A stretch of 64,000 nucleotides of DNA, from positions 118-64,117 of the forward strand of contig JAFGMM010000090.1 of the NCBI GenBank assembly GCA_016927535.1, read 5' to 3'. Position 1 is the stretch's first letter. Every line of letters starts with the position of its first letter. A program made the translations under genes and the position numbers. The DNA is from Anaerolineae bacterium (GTDB taxonomy: Bacteria; Chloroflexota; Anaerolineae; Aggregatilineales; JAFGMM01). The notes beneath the pieces were generated by a model that saw only the letters and a program-made list of their open reading frames with translations, was not told where the DNA came from and did no database searches. Below, one piece after another: positions 8,407 to 18,013 of the stretch.

Positions 8407-10914
8407 ATGAAACGCTGGAAAAACCTCAGACGCAGAAACAAAATCTTGGTCATTCTGGGCGTCGTCGCCGCGCTGACTCTCGTCGCGGGCGTCGTCGTCT
8501 ATAACTGGCTGTTCGTCGATCTACCCGATATCGACGCGCTGGAGGAATCGCTCGCGCTGCCCTCCACGCGCATCTACGACCGGTACGGGCGGCTGCTCTA
8601 CGAGATGCTCGCCGCCGACGCGACCGGCGGGCTGCACCGCGTCGCGCCGCTCGACCAGATTCCGCAGCATCTCATCGACGCGACGATTGCGACCGAAGAC
8701 GCCAACTATTACAGTCATCCCGGCGTCGATCTGGGCGCCATCGTGCGCGTGCTGTGGATCAACATCCAGGGCGGCGAGGTGCTGGCGGGCGGCAGCACCA
8801 TCACGCAGCAGGTGGCGCGCAACCTGCTTATGGACCCCGAACAGCGCGCCGAACGCACCCTCACCCGCAAGCTGCGCGAGGCGATCCTGGCGATCCGGCT
8901 GACGCAAACCTTCAGCAAAGACGAAGTGCTGCTGCTGTATTTGAATCAAACGTATTACGGCAACCTGGCCTATGGCGTCGAGGCGGCGGCGCGTGTGTAC
9001 TTTGGGCGCGGCGTCGAAGAACTCGACCTGGCGCAGGCGGCGCTGATCGCCGGGCTGCCGCAGTTGCCCGCGATCTACGACCCGCTCACCAATCCCGGCG
9101 CAGCGCGCGACCGGCAGCGCGTGGTGCTCGATTTGATGGTGAAGCACGGCTATATCACCCAAGCAGACGCCGACCGCGCCGCCGCCGAACCGCTCCAGTT
9201 CGCCGCCGCGCCCTTCCCGATTGAAGCGCCGCACTTCGTCGCGGCGGTGTGGACGCAGCTTCAGCGTGACTTCCCCGAATCGCTGTACGCCGGCGGCCTG
9301 GACGTTATCACCACGCTCGACCTCGATTGGCAGGACGCCGCGCAAGAAATCGCCCGGCGGCGCTTGGGCGAACTGAACACGCCGACCTACAACGAGCCGG
9401 CCCACAATGCGCACAACGCGGCGCTCGTCGCCATCGACCCGCACACCGGGCAGGTGTTGGCGATGCTGGGCAGCCCGGACTACTTCGATGCGCGCATCAG
9501 CGGCGCGGTGAACGTGGCGCTGGCGCCCCGGCAGCCCGGCTCGGCGCTGAAGCCGTTTACCTATGCGGCGGCGTTCGACCCTACGCGCCCCGACCCGTGG
9601 TCGCCGGCGACCGTGCTGATGGACATCCGCACCGCGTTTATCACCAAGAAGCTGGAGAGCTTCGTCCCGGCCAACTTCAGCTTGCAGGAGCACGGGCCGG
9701 TGCGCATCCGTACCGCTTTAGCGTCGTCGTTTAATATCCCGGCGGTGATCACGCTCGATCACATCGGGCTGGATGCGATGGCGAAGCGGCTGGGCGCGGT
9801 GGGGATTACCACGCTTACTGACCCGGACCGCTTCGACCTGGCGGTGACGCTGGGCGGCGGCGAGGTGCGCCTGCTGGAACTCACGGCGGCGTATGGCGCG
9901 CTGGCGAACGGCGGGATGCGCGTGTATCCCGATCTGCTCTTGGAGGTGCGCGACCACGCGAGCGGCCAAATCTTGTACGAGTGGGCACCGCGCGAGACCG
10001 AGCGCGTGCTCGATGAGCGGGTGGCGTGGCTGGTGACCGATATCCTCGCCGACAATCATGCGCGCATCCCGTCGTTCGGCGAGCACAGCGTGCTCAACAT
10101 TCTGCAGCCCGCCGCCGCCAAGACCGGCACGACGACCGACTTCCGCGATAACTGGACGGTGGGCTACACGCCCAACCTGGTCGTGGGCGTGTGGGTGGGC
10201 AACGCCGACAACGCGCCGATGGTGAAAGTAACCGGCGTGAGCGGTGCCGGGCCGATCTGGAACGAGTTTATGACCTCGGTGCTGAAAGGCAAGCCGGCGC
10301 TCAACTTCGAGCGCCCGGCGGGCTTAGAGCGCGTCGAGGTGTGCGCGCTTTCCGGGCTGCTGCCGACCGACGCTTGCGAGCTTCGCGTGGTCGATTGGTT
10401 CATCGAAGGCACCGCGCCCACCGAGTACGACGCCTGGCACCAGCGTTTTACCATCGATGCGCGGACCGGCGCGCTCGCCGACGCGACGACGCCGCCGGAG
10501 TACCGGGTCGAGAAGGTCTATTTGGTGCTGCCGCCGGAGGCGCGCCCCTGGGCATACCGGGCGGGCATCCCCGCGCCGCCGACCGAAGCGGTGGCCGCCG
10601 CACAAGACTCGAATGCTGATACGTCGGTGCGCTTCCTCGCGCCGGACCCCTACAGCGTGTTTCGGATGTCGCCGATCACGCCCGGCGAAACTCAGCGCAT
10701 CCTCATCCGCGTGGTCGCGCCGCCGGACACGTCGCACGTCGATTTGCTGCTCAACGGCGCACCGCTGCACACGCTCGACGCGCCGCCGTGGGAAGCGTGG
10801 TGGGCGCTGGAGCGCGGCGCGTGGGAGTTGACGGCGCGCGCAGCGCTGGGCGACGGCGCGACGGCGGAGAGCGAGCCGCTGTCCTTCACGGTGCATGGCT
10901 ACTACGACGAATAA
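8407..10914 (+). CDS. Class A penicillin-binding protein (PBP1C/1A-like transglycosylase-transpeptidase)
   Basis: GT motifs TEDANY, GGSTITQQ, RKLRE, YLNQTYYG; TP motifs SALK, SFN, KTGT; PBP1C-like C-terminal domain. Confidence 0.95.
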   Translation: MKRWKNLRRRNKILVILGVVAALTLVAGVVVYNWLFVDLPDIDALEESLALPSTRIYDRYGRLLYEMLAADATGGLHRVAPLDQIPQHLIDATIATEDANYYSHPGVDLGAIVRVLWINIQGGEVLAGGSTITQQVARNLLMDPEQRAERTLTRKLREAILAIRLTQTFSKDEVLLLYLNQTYYGNLAYGVEAAARVYFGRGVEELDLAQAALIAGLPQLPAIYDPLTNPGAARDRQRVVLDLMVKHGYITQADADRAAAEPLQFAAAPFPIEAPHFVAAVWTQLQRDFPESLYAGGLDVITTLDLDWQDAAQEIARRRLGELNTPTYNEPAHNAHNAALVAIDPHTGQVLAMLGSPDYFDARISGAVNVALAPRQPGSALKPFTYAAAFDPTRPDPWSPATVLMDIRTAFITKKLESFVPANFSLQEHGPVRIRTALASSFNIPAVITLDHIGLDAMAKRLGAVGITTLTDPDRFDLAVTLGGGEVRLLELTAAYGALANGGMRVYPDLLLEVRDHASGQILYEWAPRETERVLDERVAWLVTDILADNHARIPSFGEHSVLNILQPAAAKTGTTTDFRDNWTVGYTPNLVVGVWVGNADNAPMVKVTGVSGAGPIWNEFMTSVLKGKPALNFERPAGLERVEVCALSGLLPTDACELRVVDWFIEGTAPTEYDAWHQRFTIDARTGALADATTPPEYRVEKVYLVLPPEARPWAYRAGIPAPPTEAVAAAQDSNADTSVRFLAPDPYSVFRMSPITPGETQRILIRVVAPPDTSHVDLLLNGAPLHTLDAPPWEAWWALERGAWELTARAALGDGATAESEPLSFTVHGYYDE

Positions 10915-10960
10915 CCCTGTATAATCATATCAGCGCCGCTAACAGTAGGAGAGAATCACC

Positions 10961-11506
10961 GTGCGTTTAGGTTGCTTGAGTATGCTCGGTTTGATTTTGC
11001 TGTTGTTCTTCGCCGGCACAAGCGTCGTCGTGTCGCCGGAGCCGGCTCCTATCCCGACCGTCGCCGCTATAACGCGCGTTCCTACGCCAACGCCGATACC
11101 TGCGCCGGCGGTTCAAGAGACCTACATCCTGGCAAGCTGCGACGAGTTCAACCAGGGAACGCAGTACGTGACCGAAGGGAGCCGCATCATGATCCATTGG
11201 GGCTGGTTTGCCAAGACCCAAGAGCTGCTGGAGGATCACATCGAACACGCGACTTATGAGATCTCGCTCGACGGTCAGCCGCTTATCGAAGGCGATTGGC
11301 GTGCGCTGCCCTCCCAAAGTTTCATCGAGGACGGTTACCCGACTCGTGTCTGGTACATCGAGTTGGGCGAACTTCCCGCCGGCACTTACCGGGTGGGCTA
11401 CCGGTTGGCGTGGGACGCCGCCATCGACGACGGCTTCGAGAAGTTTGGCCCCGGCACCGAGAACGAAGCGTTTGAGTCGGGGTGTACGTTTGTGGTGGGT
11501 GAGTGA
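10961..11506 (+). CDS. Secreted/membrane-anchored hypothetical protein
   Basis: Hydrophobic N-terminus, PTPTP linker, beta-rich domain with two Cys; RBS AGGAG. Confidence 0.7.
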   Translation: MRLGCLSMLGLILLLFFAGTSVVVSPEPAPIPTVAAITRVPTPTPIPAPAVQETYILASCDEFNQGTQYVTEGSRIMIHWGWFAKTQELLEDHIEHATYEISLDGQPLIEGDWRALPSQSFIEDGYPTRVWYIELGELPAGTYRVGYRLAWDAAIDDGFEKFGPGTENEAFESGCTFVVGE

Positions 11507-11580
11507 TATTGTGCAGTGTTGGGTCGTTATATAATCGGCAGCCAGTGGTCAGAGATTGTTAGTAGAGAAGGCGGTGTATC

Positions 11581-12627
11581 ATGAAGCTGGGTTATCTAGG
11601 AGGCGCAGTAATTGTCTTGCTATTTTTGGCCGGCGTACAAACCGGCTCAAGCATAGGTTTTTCGCCGCCGGCAGGGCCGACCCTGCCCACTTTGACCTTC
11701 GTCCCTGCACCGACTCCCATCCCGGCGGGCGACCTCACCGCCGGCGACCATTACCACCTGGCCGAAGGATATTACGGCGCGGCGCGCTACGAGGAGGCGC
11801 TGGCAGCATATACCCAGGCGATTGAACTGAGTTACGAGCCGCTGGCGTCAGCTTATCTGGGGCGCGGGATGGTCTATCACGATCTGGGCGACTACAAGGC
11901 TGCCATCGCCGATTATGATCTCGCGCTCGAACTCGACCCCGACTTTGCCGAGGTTTATTATCGACGCGGGCGCGCTTATTCCTACCTGGAGGAGCACCGC
12001 AGCGCCTTTCTCGATGCCACGCGCACGATTGAACTCGACCCGGCCCATGCCCGCGCCTACAATCTGCGCGGCGTCGCCCTGGATTTCTTCGGTCAGTACG
12101 CGCTCGCCGTGGAGGACTACACACGCGCGATTGAACTGGGCCACGAGCCGGCCGTCTGGCCCTATTACAATCGCGGCCTTGCTTATAAGTCGCTGGGCGA
12201 GTACCGGCTCGCCGCCGCCGACTTTGATACAGTGATTACGCTAACCCCCGGTGACGCCGCCGCTCACAACGAGCGAGGGATCGCTTACGACGAACTGGGC
12301 GACCACGAGCAGGCCATCGAGGATTACACGCAGGCCATCGCACTGGGGCACGACCCGCTGAGTTGGCCCTATACTAACCGGGGTTGGTCCTATCTCGACC
12401 AGGGGATGTATGTACACGCCGCCGCCGATTTCAACGCCGCCATTGCGCTCGACGATATGCCAAACGCCTATTGGGGGCTGGGCGATATCTACTACATGAT
12501 CGGTCAATATCGCCTGGCGTTGGTAAATTACCGGCATTACCTGGCATCCACGACCGGCGAACCGTCCGATTACGTCGTTGACCGGGTGCGCAACCTAGAG
12601 ACACAGTTCGAGGACAGGCTGCTGTAG
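11581..12627 (+). CDS. Membrane-anchored TPR protein
   Basis: Signal/TM segment followed by about 8 TPRs (AYxNRG...DYTxAIEL). Confidence 0.9.
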   Translation: MKLGYLGGAVIVLLFLAGVQTGSSIGFSPPAGPTLPTLTFVPAPTPIPAGDLTAGDHYHLAEGYYGAARYEEALAAYTQAIELSYEPLASAYLGRGMVYHDLGDYKAAIADYDLALELDPDFAEVYYRRGRAYSYLEEHRSAFLDATRTIELDPAHARAYNLRGVALDFFGQYALAVEDYTRAIELGHEPAVWPYYNRGLAYKSLGEYRLAAADFDTVITLTPGDAAAHNERGIAYDELGDHEQAIEDYTQAIALGHDPLSWPYTNRGWSYLDQGMYVHAAADFNAAIALDDMPNAYWGLGDIYYMIGQYRLALVNYRHYLASTTGEPSDYVVDRVRNLETQFEDRLL

Positions 12628-12652
12628 CACTTACGGTATGTCGTAGAGTGAG

Positions 12653-15181
12653 ATGATGTCAGACCTGCACGGGTTCATGTTGGGGCCTTATCGTATCGTC
12701 GAGAAAATCGGCGGCGGCGGGATGGCAACCGTTTACAGAGCCTACCACCCGGCGACCGGACGCGAGGTGGCGATCAAGGTCCTCTCCGAGCACTTCGCCG
12801 CCGAGGCGCAGTTTCTGGCGCGCTTCACGCGCGAGGCAAAGGTCGTCGCCGGGCTGCAACACCCGCACATCCTCCCCACCCTAGACAACGGGCAGGACCG
12901 CGGCCTGACCTACCTGGTGATGCCCCACATCGCCACCGGCACCCTCCGCGACTACCTGGAGCGCGGCCCGCTTTCCCTAACCGAGGCGCGGCGCCTGTTC
13001 GCACAAATTGCGCAGGCAGTGGATTACGCGCACCGCCGGGGCGTTATTCACCGCGATTTGAAGCCTGGCAATGTGTTGCTTGACGAGCGAGGAAACGCGC
13101 TGCTCAGCGACTTTGGGCTGGCGCGCATCATGGAAACGATGAGCCTGGCGTCGGTGTCGGGTGCGATGATCGGGACGCCGGCCTATATGTCGCCGGAGCA
13201 GGCGCAGGGCTTGCCGGCGGACGCGCGCAGCGATATCTACTCGTTGGGGGCGGTGCTGTACGAGATGCTGACCGGCCGGCCACCTTTCAGCGCCGATACA
13301 ACGGTCGGCTTGATCTTCAAGCACATCACCGAACCGGCGCCTCTGCTGCGCACCGGGCGCCCAGACCTGCCCCTGGCGGTCGAGCAGGTCGTGCTCAAAG
13401 CGCTGGCGAAGAACCCGGAAGACCGCTATCAAACGGCCGGCGCGATGATGGCTGCATTACAGCAAGCAGTTTATCCAAGCGGCGCGGCGCGGCGGCGTGT
13501 GTCCATACGGCGCGGAGTGCAAGGGATCGCGCTGCTGCTGGCTGCCGGGTTGGTGACCGTGATGATATTAATCGCCTTGGCCGGCGATGGGCTGGCGATT
13601 AACCCGCCGGCGCTCCCGACCACTGCCGACGCCGCCGCGCCGACCACAACACCCGAACCGACGCGCCCGGCACGCTCTTATTACGACTTAGGCCAGGATT
13701 ACTACCGGCAGGGCGACTACGAAAAAGCGATTGAGATGTACACCATCGCCTTGCAGCTCGACGCCGGCTTTGCCGAAGCTTACAACGGTAAAGGGCAGGC
13801 TTACGCCGCTACAGAACGCTACGAGTCGGCGATTGAGGATTACACCCGCGCCATTGAATTGGATCCCGGCATGGCCGAAGCGTACAACAACCGGGGCATT
13901 GCTTCCCGCCGTTTGGATGACTACACGCAAGCCATCGAGGACTACTCGCAGGCCATCACGATCAATCCTGATTTCGCCGAAGCCTACAACAACCGGGGCT
14001 ATCTCTATTTTGTCCAGGGCGCGTATGACCAAGCCATCGACGACTATACGCGCGCGATTGAGCTGGCCCCCGGCTTGGCCAATGCCTATACCAGCCGGGG
14101 CTATGCGTATTACGGGCGCGGCGATTATCGCGCCGCCATCGACGACTACACGCGCGCGATTGAGATCGATCCCGGCATGGCCGAAGCGTATACCAACCGG
14201 TGCCGCGCCTACTACCGGCTAGGCGAATACGAGCCGGCTGTACAGGACTGCACGCGCGCGATTGAGATCGACCCCGACCAGCCCATCGCCTACACGAGCC
14301 GGGCGCGCGCCTATCACACACTGGCGCAGTATGACCAGGCCGTCGAGGACTATACGCACGCCATCCGGCTCGACTCGAACCTGGCCGAGGCTTACGCGGG
14401 CCGGGGCTATACGCATTACGTGCAAGGCGATTATACGTCGGCGCTTTATGATTACACGCGCGCGCTGGAAATCGACCCGAACCTGGCCGACGTATACTTG
14501 AGCCGGGGCTATGTGCATTTTGACCAGGGCTTGTACGCCGAGGCCATCGCGGATTACACGCGCGCGCTGGAGATCACCCCGGACCTGGCGGAGGCCTACG
14601 CCAGGCGCGGGCGCGCTTACCACCAGTTGGAAGATTACACCCAAGCGTTCGCGGACTACGAGCGCGCGTTGGAGATCGACCCCAGCTTTGCGCCGGCCTA
14701 CCAGAACCGCGCTTACACGTTCTACGCACAGCGCGAGTACCACGCCGCCATCGCAGACTACACGCGCGCACTCGAGATCGACCCGCGCTATGCCGAGGCC
14801 TACGCCGGGCTTGGCAATGTATATTATGATCTGGGACGCTACGGCGAAGCCCTAGAACAATACCAACACTACCGGTCGCTGGCAGACGCCCCGGCGCAGT
14901 TCGTCCTGGACCGTTTGCCCGGTCTTGAGGCGCAATACAACGATATCGGGTCGAAGATGGTCCCGGCTACCGGCGTCAGCCGCGTCACCGTGACCGACCC
15001 CACCGCCAACCTGCGCGACGGCCCTGGCACCGATTATGCCAAAGTCGGCGAGGTGCAGCAGGGGGACAGCTTCCCGGTCGTGGCGCAGTTCGGCGATGGC
15101 AGCAGCCGTTGGTATTGGATCGAGCAGGCCGACGGCCGGCGCGCCTGGATCGCCTCATGGCTCGTCAATGCCGAGCCATGA
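12653..15181 (+). CDS. Hanks-type Ser/Thr kinase with TM helix, long TPR array and C-terminal SH3b domain
   Basis: GGGGMATVY, VAIK, HRDLKPGN, DFG, GTPAYMSPE; TM; about 12 TPRs; ANLRDGPGTDY...WIASWLV SH3b. Confidence 0.95.
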   Translation: MMSDLHGFMLGPYRIVEKIGGGGMATVYRAYHPATGREVAIKVLSEHFAAEAQFLARFTREAKVVAGLQHPHILPTLDNGQDRGLTYLVMPHIATGTLRDYLERGPLSLTEARRLFAQIAQAVDYAHRRGVIHRDLKPGNVLLDERGNALLSDFGLARIMETMSLASVSGAMIGTPAYMSPEQAQGLPADARSDIYSLGAVLYEMLTGRPPFSADTTVGLIFKHITEPAPLLRTGRPDLPLAVEQVVLKALAKNPEDRYQTAGAMMAALQQAVYPSGAARRRVSIRRGVQGIALLLAAGLVTVMILIALAGDGLAINPPALPTTADAAAPTTTPEPTRPARSYYDLGQDYYRQGDYEKAIEMYTIALQLDAGFAEAYNGKGQAYAATERYESAIEDYTRAIELDPGMAEAYNNRGIASRRLDDYTQAIEDYSQAITINPDFAEAYNNRGYLYFVQGAYDQAIDDYTRAIELAPGLANAYTSRGYAYYGRGDYRAAIDDYTRAIEIDPGMAEAYTNRCRAYYRLGEYEPAVQDCTRAIEIDPDQPIAYTSRARAYHTLAQYDQAVEDYTHAIRLDSNLAEAYAGRGYTHYVQGDYTSALYDYTRALEIDPNLADVYLSRGYVHFDQGLYAEAIADYTRALEITPDLAEAYARRGRAYHQLEDYTQAFADYERALEIDPSFAPAYQNRAYTFYAQREYHAAIADYTRALEIDPRYAEAYAGLGNVYYDLGRYGEALEQYQHYRSLADAPAQFVLDRLPGLEAQYNDIGSKMVPATGVSRVTVTDPTANLRDGPGTDYAKVGEVQQGDSFPVVAQFGDGSSRWYWIEQADGRRAWIASWLVNAEP

Positions 15182-15250
15182 GCGCCTTCCCGATGCAAAG
15201 GCGAGAAACGAAACCGGCGTTTTGAACTCTTGGAGCTTGTCCTCGCGCGC

Positions 15251-15610
15251 TTACAACCCGGCCCAAGGGTCCTCGTCTTCGCCGAGCATGTCCTCGACCG
15301 CCTGGGGCGCGCTGACCTGGACGCCGAAATGCGTCACCCCCAGCAGCAAAACCTGTGTCAGTGCGTGCATGATAGCCTCCAGCGACGGCTCTTTGACGAT
15401 AAGCGTATCGATATCGACAAAGCTCAGCCAGCGATTCCGGTCCATCAAGCGGTCGAGTTGGGCAGGGGTATACGCCGTAAAGCTGTACACACTGCCATCG
15501 TGCAGGTCGATGTACAATTCAATGCCACCGGCGTCGGACACCGAAGTCAAGGTTATCGAAGCAATCTGATCGTGTTCGACTTCGTAAACGGCTTCTTCCG
15601 GTCGAGTCAT
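15251..15610 (-). CDS. Hypothetical protein (119 aa)
   Basis: ATG at 15610 overlaps the aminotransferase stop (ATGA coupling); RBS GAGGGGG upstream. Confidence 0.65.
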   Translation of the reverse strand: MTRPEEAVYEVEHDQIASITLTSVSDAGGIELYIDLHDGSVYSFTAYTPAQLDRLMDRNRWLSFVDIDTLIVKEPSLEAIMHALTQVLLLGVTHFGVQVSAPQAVEDMLGEDEDPWAGL

Positions 15611-16488
15611 GTGGTTTGTTCCCCCTCGTACAACGGTTCCAGGTGAGCCTCGGTCCAGGCGTCGTAGCGTTGCGCGAGCATCTGTGTGACCGGGCCGGGC
15701 CGCCCGCCATTGACCGGCCGGCCGTCGATGCGGGCAATAGGCACAACGCCCCGGCTGCTGCTGGTAAGCATCGCTTCGCTGAGACGCGGCAGGTCGGCCA
15801 GGGTTACCGGCTCCATGTGCACCGGTACCACCTCCGGCGCAAATTCGAGCAAAGCCGCGCGCGCCGTCCCGCCCAACACGCCGTCGCCGGCCGTCCACAG
15901 CGCGCCGTCGTGCACCGCGTAGAAGTTGCTGCGCATCCCTTCGAGCAGAGCGCCATCCGGCCCGACCAAAATCCCCTCATAGGCTGTGTCAGGTAAGGCG
16001 GTCCGGGCCTCGCGGCGCGCGGCAATCCATGCCGTAGACTTGGCGCGCGGCGTCCGGCGGCTGAGGCGCACGGTGTAAACCGCGACGCCCGCGCGCCGGT
16101 CCGCTTCCGGCACCGGCTGGAACGGCTCCAGGCACAGGTAATAGGTGTCGGGCGCATCCGCCGGGACCGAAAGACAAAAACGCACGTCATCGAAGCCGGC
16201 TTCATCGACGCAGCGTTTAATCATCATGCGAAGCTGCTGCGAGTCCAGATTGACCCGGATGCCGAGCAGCCGCGCCGATTCGTCGAGCCGGGCCAGGTGC
16301 CGGCCGAACTCCAGGACTTTATCCCGGTGATAAGTGCGCGTCGCGGTATAGACGCCGGGATGCTCGGCGGCGATATCGGTCAAAAGCGCCGGCCGGCTGT
16401 CCAGGCGCGCGGCGCCCTGTCGAGTCAGTCGATAAGCAATGATCGGTGTTTCTGTTTCCATGCGCTCTATTTTAGGCCAAACCTTCAC
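15607..16488 (-). CDS. PLP-dependent aminotransferase class IV (IlvE/DAT/PabC family)
   Basis: HLARL, AKS lysine, EGMRSN, VLGGTAR, LTSSSRG motifs. True start may be the ATG at 16461. Confidence 0.9.
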   Translation of the reverse strand: MKVWPKIERMETETPIIAYRLTRQGAARLDSRPALLTDIAAEHPGVYTATRTYHRDKVLEFGRHLARLDESARLLGIRVNLDSQQLRMMIKRCVDEAGFDDVRFCLSVPADAPDTYYLCLEPFQPVPEADRRAGVAVYTVRLSRRTPRAKSTAWIAARREARTALPDTAYEGILVGPDGALLEGMRSNFYAVHDGALWTAGDGVLGGTARAALLEFAPEVVPVHMEPVTLADLPRLSEAMLTSSSRGVVPIARIDGRPVNGGRPGPVTQMLAQRYDAWTEAHLEPLYEGEQTT

Positions 16489-16497
16489 ATATGCCAG

Positions 16498-16542
16498 AAA
16501 AAGCCACTAAGCTGTCCCTGACCCAGAAGGAACAGCTTAGTG
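16498..16542 (-). terminator. Intrinsic terminator between mtnA and the aminotransferase
   Basis: Minus strand CACTAAGCTGT...ACAGCTTAGTG stem followed by GCTTTTT. Confidence 0.7.
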
Positions 16543-16727
16543 TGACACGAGGAGAAAACGGAGATTGGTTTGCGGGTGACTGTCTATGATATACCTCCTT
16601 AGTGTGTAGGTTTCTCAAGACTTTGTCTTGCCCGCTCGTATTGAACCGCGCTTATAATCCTAGAGCAAAAGGCCAATGGAATCTATGTGCATTTGTGTAG
16701 AAATTAACCCATCCCTATTTGTGCAAA

Positions 16728-17792
16728 TTACCTAAAGCTCCCGTCGATTCGATCTGCCAGCTTGCGCAGATTGACGTTAAAAGGCGGTCGGACGACGCCG
16801 TACTCGGTGACAATCGCCGTGATGAGATGGTTCGGCGTCACGTCGAAAGCCGGGTTGCCGGCCGGCGAGCCTTCCGGCGTGATGCGCTGCCCGCGAATAT
16901 GCGTGACCTCTTCCGCGCCGCGCTCCTCGATCTCGATCAAGTCGCCGTGCATGATGTCCATGTCGATGGTCGAGAAGGGCGCCACCGCGTAGAACGGCAC
17001 GCCGTTCTCGCGCGCCACGACTGCCAGGTTGTACGTACCGATTTTGTTTGCCACGTCGCCGTTAGCCGCGATGCGGTCCGAACCGACCAAGCACAGATCA
17101 ACCCCTGTGCGGCGCATGTAATGCCCCGATGCGCCGTCGGCGATAACCGTGTGCGGAATACCGAGATTCTTAAGCTCCCACGCGGTCAGGCGCGCACCCT
17201 GTAAGCGCGGGCGCGTCTCGTCCACCAACACGTGAAGAGCTTTGCCCTGCTCCCACGCCGAACGCACCACGCCCAGCGCCGTCCCCCAATAGACCGTCGC
17301 CAGGCTGCCGGTGTTGCAGTGGTGTACGATGGTCGCCTTGTCCGGTACGAGCGCCGCGCCGTTTACCCCCATCCGTTTGTTGATCTCTACGTCTTCGTCG
17401 GCGAGCTTCTGCGCTTCTTCGAGCAAGATATCGCGCAGGCCGTCCACCGAATCCACGCCCGCCGTCTCGGCGCGCTTCATCATACGTTTGAGTGCCCAAA
17501 ACAGGTTTACCGCCGTCGGGCGCGACTTAGCGAGCAGATCACTGGCCTGCTTCAAGTCTTCGATCAGATCGGGAACAGTCGCCGCTTTGCTGCTGCGCGC
17601 CGCAATTGCCATACCGAATCCCGCCGCCGCGCCGATGGCCGGCGCACCTCGGATGACCATCGTCTTGATGGCGTCGGCGACTTCCTGATAAGTATCGTAG
17701 CGCTTGATCTCGAATGTGTGGGGAAGCGCAGGCTGGTTAATCATACAAACTTGATCGTTCTCCCAAAAGATAGTGCGCACATCTTCAGACAT
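16728..17792 (-). CDS. mtnA: S-methyl-5-thioribose-1-phosphate isomerase
   Basis: IRGAPAIG, RPTAVNL, HCNTGSLAT, DETRPRLQGARLTAWEL, ANKIGTY, NPAFDVTP. Confidence 0.97.
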   Translation of the reverse strand: MSEDVRTIFWENDQVCMINQPALPHTFEIKRYDTYQEVADAIKTMVIRGAPAIGAAAGFGMAIAARSSKAATVPDLIEDLKQASDLLAKSRPTAVNLFWALKRMMKRAETAGVDSVDGLRDILLEEAQKLADEDVEINKRMGVNGAALVPDKATIVHHCNTGSLATVYWGTALGVVRSAWEQGKALHVLVDETRPRLQGARLTAWELKNLGIPHTVIADGASGHYMRRTGVDLCLVGSDRIAANGDVANKIGTYNLAVVARENGVPFYAVAPFSTIDMDIMHGDLIEIEERGAEEVTHIRGQRITPEGSPAGNPAFDVTPNHLITAIVTEYGVVRPPFNVNLRKLADRIDGSFR

Positions 17793-18013
17793 TGGCTTCT
17801 CCTTGTGCCTAAGACCGTAGCAACCGGCGCCGACTCTTCAAGCGCGCGGCATTCCTTTACGGCTCATGATGATACCACCCGAACCGATTTGCAGCTTTGC
17901 CAACCCTCTCGGCTCCTGAACGACGCCGCCGAATCGTGCTAAAATACCGGCGTGTCCCCATTGCCACACCGCCCGCCGCTAAACTTTATGTCCTGTGTAG
18001 GAGAGAGAGATAT

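Noticed and set aside
13680-14870. Roughly 102-bp periodic repeats resembling a CRISPR array or DGR repeats
   Set aside because: These are degenerate in-frame TPR codons. There are no identical repeats with unique spacers and no cas or reverse transcriptase gene.
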